Below, one piece after another: positions 14,082 through 27,677 of a DNA stretch of 64,000 bases. The DNA lies in contig NC_068991.1 in assembly GCF_001194135.2 (NCBI RefSeq), positions 16,334,438-16,398,437 on the forward strand, in the 5' to 3' direction. The DNA comes from Octopus bimaculoides. Its lineage: Eukaryota. The position numbers and the translations under genes were made by a program. The notes below the pieces were generated by a model. It was given only the letters and a program-made list of their open reading frames with translations. It searched no databases and was not told the origin of the DNA. Each line of letters opens with the position of its first letter. Positions within the stretch are counted from its first letter, which is position 1.

Positions 14082-17000
14082 TCCTTGCTACTAAAGGCAC
14101 AAGGCCTGAAATTTGTGGGGAGGGGAGAATTTGATTAAATTGACTCTAGTATTTCACTCGTACTTAATTTATCGACCCCAAAAAGAGTGAAAGGTAAAAT
14201 CGACCTTGGCAGAATTTGAACTCAGAAGGTAGTGACAGGCGAAATTACTGCATGCATTCCATCCAGCGTGCTAACGATTCTGCCAGTTAGCCACCTAAGT
14301 AGTAGTAGTAATAATAATAATAATAATAATAATAATCCTTTCTACTAAAGGCACAAGGCCTGAAATTTTAGGGGAGGGAACTAGTTGATTACATCAACTC
14401 CAGTGTATCACTGGTACTTAATTTATCGCCCCTGAAAGGATGAAAGGTAAAGTCGACCTTGGCAGAATCTGAACTCAGAGTGCAGCAATGGGCAAAATGC
14501 CTCCAAGCATTTTGCCCCGTGTGCTAATGATTCTGTCAGCTCGCCACCTTAATAATGATGATAATAATAATAATAATAATAATGCTTTCTTTAGATATAA
14601 ATCCAATACATTTTGTAAAGCTAGAGAGGGATTGTCTGTTCAATCAGAAAAAAATAAAATATATAAATTTTTCATACTTTTTCTGTTTCCATGTATTCTA
14701 AATATTTTCCTTTTTTTTTTTCTTTATACAGCTCTCAATTACCATTTTGAATCGCAGGTAAGTCTAAACAATGGTTTGGTTTAAGCTATTGATAGCATGA
14801 GTATATGTTGCTATTGTCAGTTTTGAACACTGCTTAAGATTCTGGGTTCAATTTTACTGTGCCCCACCATAGGCAAGTGTCCTTTACTATAACTGTGTCA
14901 ACTCAAAAGTCAAGGTGGAGGTGTGGTTGTGTGGTAAGAAGTTTGTCTCCCAACCACATCGTTCTGGGTTTAGTCCTACTGCATGGCACCTAGGACAAGT
15001 GTCTTCTACTATAGCTTTGGTCTGACGAAAGCCTCGAGTGGATTTTGTATGCAGAAACTGAAAGAAGCCCATTATATATCTATCTATATATATATATATA
15101 TCTCTCTCTATATATATATATATATCTATATATATATATATATATATAATGTGTGTGTGTCTGTGTTTGTCTCCTACCACCGCTTGACAACTGGTGTTTG
15201 TGTGTTTACATCTCCCATAACTTAGTAGTTCAGCAAAAGGGGCCAACAAAATAAGTACCAGGCTTCAAATAAAATAAAAAAAGTATTGGTCAGTTCGTCT
15301 GACTAAAAATTCAGGGCAGTGCCCCAGCATGGCCACAGTCTAATGACTGAAACGAGTAAAAGATAATGAAGCTGGGTATGCAGAAATGGTATGGAAACCT
15401 GCCGGATGGACTGTGCTTGTAATTCAATAAGCTTGTTTTGTCACAGTCATGTTTGGTTACACTGATCCTTCAAGGGGTTATGTTAAAGGCACATGTATTA
15501 TAATAAAAGTGACGGAGTATTTCACCACAGGTACAAGGTGGACTGTGCCTATAATTCAACAGACTAGTTATGTCACTCTTACATGCTGTGTCATGCTGAT
15601 TCTGCTTGAGAGAATATTAAGAATACATTTGTCTGATAGATACACTGGTACGTACACGTGTGGTACTTATGTCGTCGTCGTTTAACGTCCGCTTTCCATG
15701 TTAGCATGGGTTGGACGATTTGACTGAGGACTGGTGAAACCAGATGGCTACACCAGGCTCCAATCTGATTTGGCAGAGTTTCTACAGCTGGATGCCTTTC
15801 CTAACGCCAACCACTCAGAGAGTGTAGTGGGTGCTTTTACATGTCACCCGCACGAAGGCCAGTCAGGCGGTACTGGCAACGGCCACGCTCATCTCGCTCA
15901 AGAAACCTCATGTGTCACCCACACAAGAGCCAGCCCAGGGGCACCGGCAACGATCTCGCTCGAAAATCCTACAACAACCCCACACAAGAGCCAGTTCAGG
16001 GGCACCGGCAACGATCTCGCTCGAAATTTCATGTGTCACCCGCACAAGAGCCAGTCCAGGGGCACTGGCATAGTTATACCATATCATGAACTGTACTGTA
16101 ATTGATCACAAACGTGTACACTCTCCCCACAGACGTGAACTCTTCCCCCAGGCATGCGCACTCTCTGTCTCACAGGCGCGCACGCTCTGTATCCCACAGG
16201 CGCGCGCACTCTCTGTCCCTGCAGGCACGTGCACCATCTGTCCCTGCAGGCACGCATGCCCTCTGCCCCCACAGGCACGCGCATTCTTTTTCTCTCTCCC
16301 ACAGGCACATGCACTCTCTTCCACAGGCACGCATACTCTCTCAAACACATGCAAGTACATACGAATGCACTTACACAAATGTACACTTGTGTATGCTCAT
16401 GTAAATTCAAACTCACATTGCACAAACACTTATAAAATGCTCACTGTATCATCTTGATATCATATGAGGATTACATTGAAGGTACACCCTTCTGAAATAT
16501 TCAATTGCTTATTCTATAGTACACGATGAATATTGTTCTTGTATTTGAGAGGGCCAGCTTTGCGACACACATTCTCTGTCATGTTGATTCTTCGTGAGGA
16601 CATGAACATCATGTAATCCCAGTTCCTCCTTCTTAGAGATCTGTATGGCTTTGTGACAATTTTATATTTCAATGTCTATTTTTTTCCATTAAAATTCTCT
16701 TTTTGTTTTTAAATTCCAGTGTATTCCAACTCAGCTAGCCTGGTTTACCCACCATTTACCAAACTGGTTACTCCGATTAAGTGTCACCTTTACATATATG
16801 ATTGAAATTTTTCTGCCATTCCTATTCTTTTCTTCAATACGCCATCTACGAATGCTTTCATTCTATGCACAGGTGAGTTCACTTTCATTACTACTACATG
16901 ACACAACATAATGTTTTACAAATCCCAGAACTCGTACCTTCTGGTATTTGATTAAGTTTCTTTACATCCTGAGACAGGTGCAAGCATAGCTGTGTGGTTA

Positions 17001-17284
17001 AGAAGTTTGCTTTCCATTTGCATAGTTAATAATCTAAATCATCTTGTTATCACCTATGTTGTAGACTATTATTACGAAAGCAGTAAGCTGGCAGAATTGT
17101 TAGCATGCTCGACAGAATGCTTTGTGGTATTTCATATGTCATTATTTCTGAGTTCAAATTCAGCTGAGGCTGACCTTACCTTTCAGTCTTTCATGGTCTA
17201 TAAAATAAGTACCAGTCAAGCACTGGTGTTGATGTAATCAACTAACCCCCAACTTTTCAGGCCTTGCACCTATAATACAAAGGG

Positions 17285-17318
<34 letters not shown>

Positions 17319-18460
17319 AGCAATGAAGTGTCAGAGATAGCAGGGGATGAGACTAAATCATTTACCTGCTGGGTTGACCTTGTCTTTTATTCTTGAGGTA
17401 CGTCCCAGCCATGTATGGGTGTCAATTGAATCAGCTACACACCCAGGCCTATAAATGCATGACAAAAAAGCTTTTAAGTGGTTACTCCAACCCGCTAGAA
17501 AAAGCAGTTAAATGTCTCTCAGATCACATCTTACCATATAAAAAACACAACTTATGTTGTCTTAGATACACTGTTGTTGTTGGCACTCCGTCACTTATGA
17601 CGTTGAGGGTTCCAGTTGATCCGATCAACGGAACAGCCTGCTCGTGAAATTAACGTGCAAGTGGCTGAGCACTCCACAGACACGTGTACCCTTAACGTAG
17701 TTCTCGGGGAGATTCAGCATGACACAGTGTGACAAGGCTGACCCTTTGAATTACAGGCACAACAGAAACAGGAAGAAAGAATGAGAGAAAGTTGTGGTGA
17801 AAGAGTACAGCGGGGTTCGCCACCATCCCCTGCCGGAGCCCCGTGGAGCTTTTAGGTGTTTTCGCTCAATAAACACTCACAACGCCCAGTCTGGGAATCG
17901 AAACTGCGATCCTATGACTGCGAGTCTGCTGCCCTAACCACTGGGCCATTGCACCTCCACACTTAGATACACTATACTCAAGGCAAATGTAAAGAAAGAT
18001 GGGATGGGTGAGAACTGGAATGTCATCAGTTGTATGTCTGTGCAAGTCAGAACTGACTGAAGGCCAAGTGAACAACAACAAACCTGGAACAATGTGTTTC
18101 TTTGTCTCAATGTAGGAAATCACTACCATATGGCACCATTGTTAAACATTAAAAGAAAATAAAGTTTTAACGAAATATTTTCTGTTATTTCATTAGTTCT
18201 ACAGCTAATTCCTAAAAATTTAACAGTATTTTATATATATGCTTGTGTGTATGTTTTTTGTATTGTATGCATAGTTGTGCATGCATAAACATATATATTT
18301 ATGATGTGTGTGTGTGTCTATATATATACATATATATAAGTTTGTTCATGGGAAACATTTTGTATGCATATAAAAGCTATTTTATTATGTCGGCTGCAAC
18401 CTAATGGCACCAACTTGCAACAGCAGTTTTTTGGGGTTGTACTGAGCTGATAAATGTAGT

Positions 18461-18493
<33 letters not shown>

Positions 18494-21386
18494 CCATAGA
18501 TGGTATTTATACATACTTTAATGCATTGCTATGTGCATTTCCACAAATCACATGTTTCTTATGACTATAGTCCACATTCCTGGGATGATTACAGTACAAT
18601 CTGTAATATCCTTGTTGCCAGTATCGCCTGACTGGTCTTCGTGCAGGTGACACGTAAAAGCACCCACTACACTCTCTGAGTGGTTGGCGTTAGGAAGGGC
18701 ATCCAGCTGTAGAAACTCTGCCAAATTTAGATTGGAGCCTGGTGTTGCCATCCGGTTTCACCAGTCCTCAGTCAAGTCGTCCAACTCATGCTAGCATGGA
18801 AAGCGGACGTTAAACGATGATGATGATGATGATTCCATGGTCATTCATGCCTGAAGAGCATCTTTTTCCTTTTTTTAATTTGTTGTTCTAATCTGTTATT
18901 ATATTGCTATAGTGGTATGGTCTGTTGTTATATTGGGCTCATTCTTTTCTTGTCAGGTACTTCTTCAAATAATGATAATTCTAACAGGAAACTACAATTT
19001 TTTCAATTTGCTTACAATTACACTGTGCATTTCATTAGTGGATGATGACTTTTTCAAGAAACGAGCAAGTAAGTATTTGCGTTTTACACGGCTTGTATAA
19101 ATTATATTACACACACAGACACACATACACACACCTGTGTGGTTCAGAAGCTTCCCTATCATGTCGTCTTGAGACTCCTTGGGCAAGTGTCTTCTATGAT
19201 AGCCTCAGTCAGGCTAAAGCCATGAGAGTGGAATTAGTAGACAGAAACTAAAAGAAATCTGCTATACACAAACATACATTGTATATTCTGTTCTTTTACT
19301 GTTTTACTTGTTTCAGCCATTTGATTGCCGTCATGCTGGAGCACTGCCTTAACAGGCTTTTGTCGAAGAAATTGACCTCAGGACTTACTCTTTGTAAGCC
19401 TAGTACTTATTCTGTCTGGCTCTTTTGCTGAACTAAGTTACAGGGACCTAAACACACCAGTGTTAGTTGTCAAGCAATGGTGGGACAAACACACACATAC
19501 ATACATGATGGGCTTCTGTCAGGTTCCATCTACCAAATCCCCTCACTAGACTATGGCCGGCCTGAGGCTATAGTAGAAGACACTTGCTCAAGGTGCTACA
19601 CAGTGGAACTGAACCTAGAATCATGTGGTTGGGAAACAAGCTTCTTACCACACAGCCATGCCTGCACCTATATGTATATAGTGTGTGTGTGTGTGTGTGT
19701 GTGTGTATTCAAGTGTACCCTTGTCTTGACATCATTTAACAGTTGTAAATGAGCATCACTGTCATACAAGCGATGCTGTTCATTCGTTTCTATGGAAAAC
19801 ATGCCTCATCATGAGAAATGTTACTTTGTTTGGAAATAGGCAAGGGTTGGTGTTATTAAAGGCATCTGGCTATAGAAACCAAGCTGAAATATACAAGTGA
19901 GGTAAAATGTACAAGTGAGGTAAAATGTGGTCCTATAAGCCAGGGGTTTTCAAACTGTGGTCCGCAGACCACAGGGGTCCGTGGACAGCAAATACTTTTT
20001 ATGGGCAATTTGATTTTATATATGTTTTTTAATCGAAATCTTTTAATTGACAATAAACCTATTTGTTAAATGCTGTTAAATAAATAAATGTAAAAATATA
20101 TGTTATTTTAAGCAAATATTTATGTATAAATTTCATAAGCGTTTATAAGGGGGTCCCTAAGGTAAATCCTGAAATATAAAGGGGTCCGCAAGTCAAAAAG
20201 TTTGAAAACCCCTGCTATAAGCTGTCTTGGAGAGCTATAATTCTAAATGAAGACTGACTTGAACTGTGGCAACCCATCCTGCCCATGCCAGCATGGAAAG
20301 CAGATATAAAAACGATGAAGATGTATCCATGTTTTCCGCCAGTATGGGGTGGACAGTTTGGAAGAATCCGATGGGTCCAAAAAGTGTCATACTGCAGTGT
20401 CTGGTGTGACCATAATTTCTGCAGTTGGATTCCTTTCCTAACACCTACCATTTTACATTGTGTACTTTGTACTTTTTCCATGCTACCAGCACTAGTGTGG
20501 TTGCCATGCAGCTAGCAAAACTTCAAGTGCCAAGGAAAGGAAAGGAGTTGGGGGCTTTATACTTGCGATGAGGGGGTTAAAGTATGAGAAAAGAGTGCAG
20601 AGTAGGTTTCTTGCTGTAGAGGAGCTGCATAGCTACTCACCCAATTACTTAACATTTTTAGAGCTTCTCTCACATCAATTAGGAAAAAAAGAGTTGGTGT
20701 TAGAGTGTGTATGTATGTTCGTGTTGATGTTACTATCAAAATGTGATTTACCATTTTCTTTCAGCACTTTTACACTCTTGTATTGATACTTTTCTCTGAC
20801 AACATTAACTTTGTTATTGCTTCTACAGGTCACTCTCCCGAAGCTAAGTCCTTTTGGAATCGAGTGGCAGACTGGATTATCACAATTGTTGTCTATGTCT
20901 TCCTTGGCTATGTATTGGTGGTCTATTTTACTTTGAGATTAGGACCAGGTTACACGTCACTTAAAACACAAATAGGTAAAGAGTTTTTTGTTCCTTTAAG
21001 ATTGAGCCTGCTTTTCTTTTTGTTTTTCTTACTTTTATTCTTCTGTTTAATTACTTAATTTCAATGTTAATCATCTCACTTCACTTTATATATATCATCA
21101 TCATCATCATCATCATCGTTTAACGTCCGCTTTCCATGCTAGCATGGGTTGGACGATTTGACTGAGGACTGGTGAAACCGGATGGCAACACCAGGCTCCA
21201 ATCTAAATTTGGCAGAGTTTCTACAGCTGGATGCCCTTCCTAACGCCAATATATANNNNNNNNNNNNNNNNNNNNNNNNNNNNNNNNNNNNNNNNNNNNN
21301 NNNNNNNNNNNNNNNNNNNNNNNNNNNNNNNNNNNNNNNNNNNNNNNNNNNNNNNNNNNNNNNNNNNNNNNNNNNNNNNNNNNNNN

Positions 21387-21418
<32 letters not shown>

Positions 21419-24400
21419 TACATTGGTTGACAGAAAGACAACTCTTAAATAATTTATTTAGATGTCTGAATTTGAACTCAGAAGAAATGCCACTAAGCAT
21501 TTTTCCCACTGCAGGAATGATTCTGCCAGCTCACTGCCTTAATCCGCCACAAACAGTGACAACATAATTCATGTTTTTCTTCTTTTTTTTTTTACTCTCT
21601 TATAATTGTACTTTCTTTTTGTTTTGTTAATTTTCAGCTTTTACGAAAAAGGAATTCTCTGATCTGCTGGCCAAAGTTGTACCTATTACAATATATATCG
21701 GGGCTGTGGCCTTAGGTATTGAGGTGCTCATTTCTTTTGTCAGGTAATGAAGTTTATATTTTTGACCACCCTGCCCTACTTTTTTTTTTTTTTTTTAAGG
21801 CTGAAGAGAGTAGAGGGAGGTTTTTTTTTATTAGAAGTGGTAGTTCATCAGATTTTAGGATGCTGGGAACAACAAACGAGGGAGCAAGTCAGTGTCGTCG
21901 TCGTCGTTTAACGTTCGCTTTCCATGCTAGCATGGGTTGGACGATTTGACTGAGGACTGGTGAAACCAGATGGCTACACCAGGCTCCAGTCTGATTTGGC
22001 AGTGTGTGTGTGTGTTTCAGAACCATGTGATATGGGATTTGCTTTCACTGTAAGGATGCTATTGGCTTATGTCATTGACTGTAGTCACGAGTTAACCAAT
22101 GTTTTATAAGTGAAACTTGATAGAGAGAAACTGGAACTATAGTTTACAGCCGACATGAGGTTTGATTTTCATAGGCTAGATGGACGAAATATTGCTAAGC
22201 ATTTCACCCAGCATGCTAATGATTCTACCAGCTCACCAATTTCTATGTTGGTGATGATACGATAATAATAGCAGTAGTAGTAGTAGTAGTAGCAGTGGAG
22301 GTGCAATGGCCCAGTGGTTAGGGCAGTGGACTCGCAGTCATAGAATCGCGGTTTCAATTCCCAGACCGGGCGTTGTGAGTGTTTATTGAGCGAAAACACC
22401 TAAAGCTCCACGAGGCTCCGGCAGGGGATGGTGGCGAAACCTGCTGTACTCTTTCACCACAACTTTCTCTCACTCTTTCTTCCTGTTTCTGTTGTACCTG
22501 TAATTCAAAGGGCCAGCCTTGTCACACTGTGTCACGCTGAATATCCCCGAGGACTACATTAAGGGTACACGTGTCTGTGGAGTGCTCAGCCACATGCACG
22601 TTAATTTCACGAGCAGGCTGTTCCGTTGATCGGATCAACTGGAACCCTCGACGTTGTAAGCGACGGAGTGCCAACAACAACAACAGTAGTAGCAATAGTT
22701 TCAAAGTCTGGCATAAGACCAGCAATTTTAAAGGGAGTAGAATTGTCAAAGACCAAAACCAATAGACGAATAGAATCATAACAAAAATGTGTGCCAAGAT
22801 TTGAAAAAAATTTCCCTTTCTGTTTCAGATGTTGGAAGAATGAGAAAGGACTTTTGCGTAAACTTTTGTCTTCAGTTGGAGTGACGCTAGTTGCAGTCCT
22901 TGCTGCCATCATGTTTGCTATCAGTTTGGTAAGCTTTCTTCCCTTCTTTCATTATTTCCTTCTTCCTCTCTATTTCTTTTCGTTTCATGCCTTCCATTTT
23001 TCTCTCATTTCATTTATTTTTTCTTTATTTCCTTCAATGTTTAAGTGTCAGTGAATGTGCTTGTTGTAACAATAGTAGTAATAATAATAATAATAGTAGT
23101 CCACCCTGTCAGTCCATGTTATAGCTACCATAAAATGTTATTTCTATTACGGAATATTCCATATTTGTTTTCTTACATAAACTATTACCATAAGGCTTAA
23201 ACAACTGACTATTTGACTGGCTGACTGTCATTTGTGGTGTTTCTTATGTCCATGTCTATTATGTAGTCTTTGGTATGTTGCCATATTCATCGTCACTTTA
23301 CATCTCTTCTTCGATGCTTGCATGGGTTGGTTGGGTCTTTGCTGATGCAGCTTCTCACCTCTTATTGCAATCCGTTCATCATTTATTTCCTTCATGGAAT
23401 TCAGCATCTTCAGATTATCCTTCATTGCTTCTTCATATGTCTTCCTCAGTCTTCTTTTTCTGTATCATAATTCATTTACCATTTTTCATTCAATGTCAAA
23501 CTTCTCCATGCTTCCATGGTCAAACGGAGTCTATTGCGGTAGATTTTTCTGTGGCTGGATGCGCTTCTTGTTGCTTAAACCTCACCTGTTTCTGAATAAT
23601 ATATTTCCCATGACCAGACGTGTTTTTTGCAGAATATTGGAAAGGAATGACAGTGCTTGTATGGCAGTGACACTCATTTACAACTATTGTGTGGTGTCAA
23701 GACAAAGAGACATAACATAAACAAACTGTCTCTCACACACAAACACATGTATGCGTGCCTACGCACACACATCCAGGTCCATATACTGAGATCGAATTTC
23801 CAAATCTAGGTTCCAGCTGTAGAAACTTTCAGCTGTAGAAACTCTGCCAAATCAGATTGGAGCCTGGTGTAGCCTTCGGGTTCCACCAGTCCTCAGTCAA
23901 ATCGTCCAACCCATGCTAGCATGGAAAGCGGACGTTAAACGATGATGATGATGATGATGATGATCATGATTGTTTGATGCTCGTCTTCTTCACACAAGGT
24001 CAGAGGCCGTTTTGTGAAGTTATACTTTTTTTTTTCTAATTTATCTACAACTACTATGTCCAAAGATAATCCATGACTAGAAATATTTAACTTTGCTATC
24101 AAATATTTATAACAGTCAGGACATATTTAAAATCATATCGTTGCCAGTGCCCCTGGACTGGCTCTTGTGCAGGTGGCACATAAAATACACCATCTTGAGC
24201 GTGGCCGTTGCCAGTACCGCCTGACTGGCCTTCATGCAGGTGACACGTAAAAGCACCCACTACACTCTCTGAGTGGTTGGCGTTAGGAAGGGCATCCAGC
24301 CGTAGAAACTCTGCCAAATCAGATTGGAGCCTGGTGTTGCCATCTGGTTTCACCAGTCCTCAGTCAAATCGTCCAACCCATGCCAGCATGGAAAGCGGAC

Positions 24401-24925
24401 GTTAAACGACGATGATGATGATGATGATCACGATGATCACAATATGGTGTTCATCTGAACATGCAGGCCTGATCTCAAGGGAAACAACTTAATATTAACA
24501 CATACCAGGTGTTTTGAATGAATTAAAATCAACCACTCAAAATACCACAAAGAATCTAGTCTAATATGCTAAGAAATCCTTCAGTCCACCATCATCCTGG
24601 ATTGGTAATTTATTCTATTGATCCTGAAGAGATGAAAAGGAAAGATGACTCCAGCTGGATTTGAACTCAGAGTGCAGACGGCAAGAACAAATACTTGTAA
24701 TTTTGGCATTTATTCTTTCTTTTACTTGTTTCAGTCATTTGACTGTGGCCACGCTGGAGCACTGCCTTTAGTCGAGCAAATCGACCCCAGGACTTATTCT
24801 TTGGAAGCCTAGTACTTATTCTACCGGTCTCTTTTGCCGAACCGCTAAGTTATGGGTATGTAAACACACCAGCATTGGTTGTCAATCGATGTTGGGGGGG
24901 GACAAACATAGATACACAAACATAT

Positions 24926-24980
<55 letters not shown>

Positions 24981-27643
24981 TACGACGGGCTTCTTTCAGT
25001 TTCTGTCTACCAAATCCACTCACAAGGCTTTGGTCAGCCCGAGGCTATAGTAGAAGACACTTGCCCAAGGTGCCACACAGTGCGACTGAACCCAGAACCA
25101 TGTAGTTGGTTAGCAAGCTACTTACCACACAGCCACTCCTGCGCCTATATTTAATTTTTTTTTTTTTTTTGCCCGTACAGTTTTTCTTCTTTAGCCCCAG
25201 GTCAGTCTTATTCCTGAAGGCCACCTATAATTAAAGGTATTTCTGTCACATCCACGCTATCCTTTTCTTTTTTCTGACTATATTTAGGATTACATCATCC
25301 AATGTGTCCTTCCTCTTCTTCAGACAGTAGCATGTAATTTGAGGGAGAAATAGCTCCTATTTTTAATAGATCAAGCTACCACCAAGATTTTCTATCGTTG
25401 ATTCACCTTGTTGGTTATTGTTGTTGAAATAATGTTAGTGTTGTTGTTATTGTTTAACCTCATATTAGCCCTGATTTAGATTTAGCTGGCCTATTGTCAA
25501 ACTTGCTTCAGCCATAACTATCACAACTTCTTTCAGACATAGTGTTTCTAGAGCCACACTATCCTATGTGTCCTTTTCAAAATGGTATGGCAGGATTTAA
25601 AGAGATTTAGCTGTTGTTTGTAGCATATCAAATGATTGCATAGAAGTCCCTACATTCGCTTTTGTTGTTGTTTTGCTCCAGGTTAATCCTTATTAAGCAG
25701 ATCTATAAACAAAGAAATTCCAGTCATGCGTATCTAGTCTTTCTTTCATGCATAGTATATCTAAGACTACAGTACATGTTCTTCCTTTTTTGGTCAAGTG
25801 TTCAGATAGCCTGTGGATGGGATGGTGGAGGAGAATTTCACATTCTATATTGCCTCAGCTTGCCTAGATGTTAGGGAGCAGGTTGATGTGTCAGACCTTT
25901 TGGGCAACGGGGGGTGGGAATGTCACTGATAATAGACCAACACCCTTTCCATAGGAAGATATATTACTTTGAAATGGAGCTGATTATTGGCTCTCAATAG
26001 TTTATTTGGAACCTAGGAAAATTTTTTCAAAGATATTGGGTTCCTTAAATCTTCACTTCTTTTATTTTCCAAAAGCCATCACCTCTACCAAGTGATGGTA
26101 GAGGTGGGAATGTCAAAAACAATCAAAACAAAACAAAACCAAAACCGACATAGTTGTTCTAATTTCTGTTTTTTTAGGTTCCCTATTCCCGTGTTGTTGG
26201 CTCAGTACACAGATCCCTTTCAGCAGATATATATGATATGTACAGGCTGTCGACACGTTATAAGATAACCAGCTCCTATGGTCTTTTTCGCAGGTACTCC
26301 TATTTTTATACCTGAAAGCCTGCAAGTAATATTTTCTCTTATTCTCACCTGTTTAATTATTTCTATATTCTAGACAGAGAAAAATATTTTACATCCCTTG
26401 CGGATGTCTCCTTTTTTTTTTATTCCTCTTTATTTTAAAAGGGACCTAACGAAAAAAGCAGTTTCTGTAATCTTAGTCAAATTAATCTATTATTATTTTA
26501 GTCACAGGTCAACCTTGATTGAGCAAAACTAATATCAAAGGTGTTCCAACAATGACCATCCCCTATTAGTTTTTTTTTCTTTCAGACATATACCTAGGAC
26601 TGCATTATCTAATGTCTCCTATTTTTTGCTGAGACAGTAAAGTGTGATTTAAAGGAAATTTGGCTGCTATTTCTAGCAGTATCAAGTGATCTCCATAGAG
26701 GATCCTTCGTTGGCTCAAAATATGCCTTGCTAAACTATTTGATGGTAGTCATATTTCGGTAACTCTATTGAGCAAACTATTTCATCACTGTATTATAGTG
26801 ATTGTGACTAGCAGAACATATTTGGCGGCATTCATTATTGGACAGCCTCTACCATTGAGCACGATATTTGATTAATATATTTTTGTGGTTGGGGAGAAGT
26901 AGGTTTAGAATTTTAGATATATGAATTGCTTATTGAAAAATAGTCTGAGGGTTTAAAGCTATTTAGCAGCTATATTGAATAAATCAAGTTTTAGCATAGA
27001 AGTTTAATGGCGGTGCCCCAGCATGGCCACAGCTCATAAGCTGAAACTAGATAAAATGAAAATGAAGTTTTTGTTGCCTTGTGAGTATTTCTTAATGTTG
27101 TTTTTTCTAATTAAATTAATTAATTAGTTACTAATAGCATTTTAATACTGCTTTTTGGCTAGGCTCATTCAACTAGTCACTCTACTATATAGTATAGCTT
27201 TATTGTTATCATTTTGACCCCAGTACTCAGCTGGTATTTACTACATCAACCCTGAAAGAGTGAAAGGCGAAGTCAACATTGGCAGAATCTGAATGTTCTG
27301 AGGCCAAATTCTTCTGAAATTGGCTTTGCCTTTCATCCTTTTGGGGTTAATAAAGTACCAAGTGGTGGGGTGAATGTAATCAACCCCACCACCTCCAACA
27401 AATTCCTGTTTTTTGTGTCAAGATTTCAAACAGTTACCATTATTATTATTAAGGTGAATTGTTAGCATGCTGAACATAATGCTTAGCAAATTTTGTCTTT
27501 TTGTTCTGTGTTCAGATTCCATCGAGGCTAACTTTTCTTTTCATCCTTTTGTGGATCAAAATAAGTACCAGTTGAGACTTGGGATTGATGTAATTGACTA
27601 ACCCCTCCCCCAGCCTTTTAGGCTTTGTGCCTATAGCCGAAAA

Positions 27644-27677
<34 letters not shown>

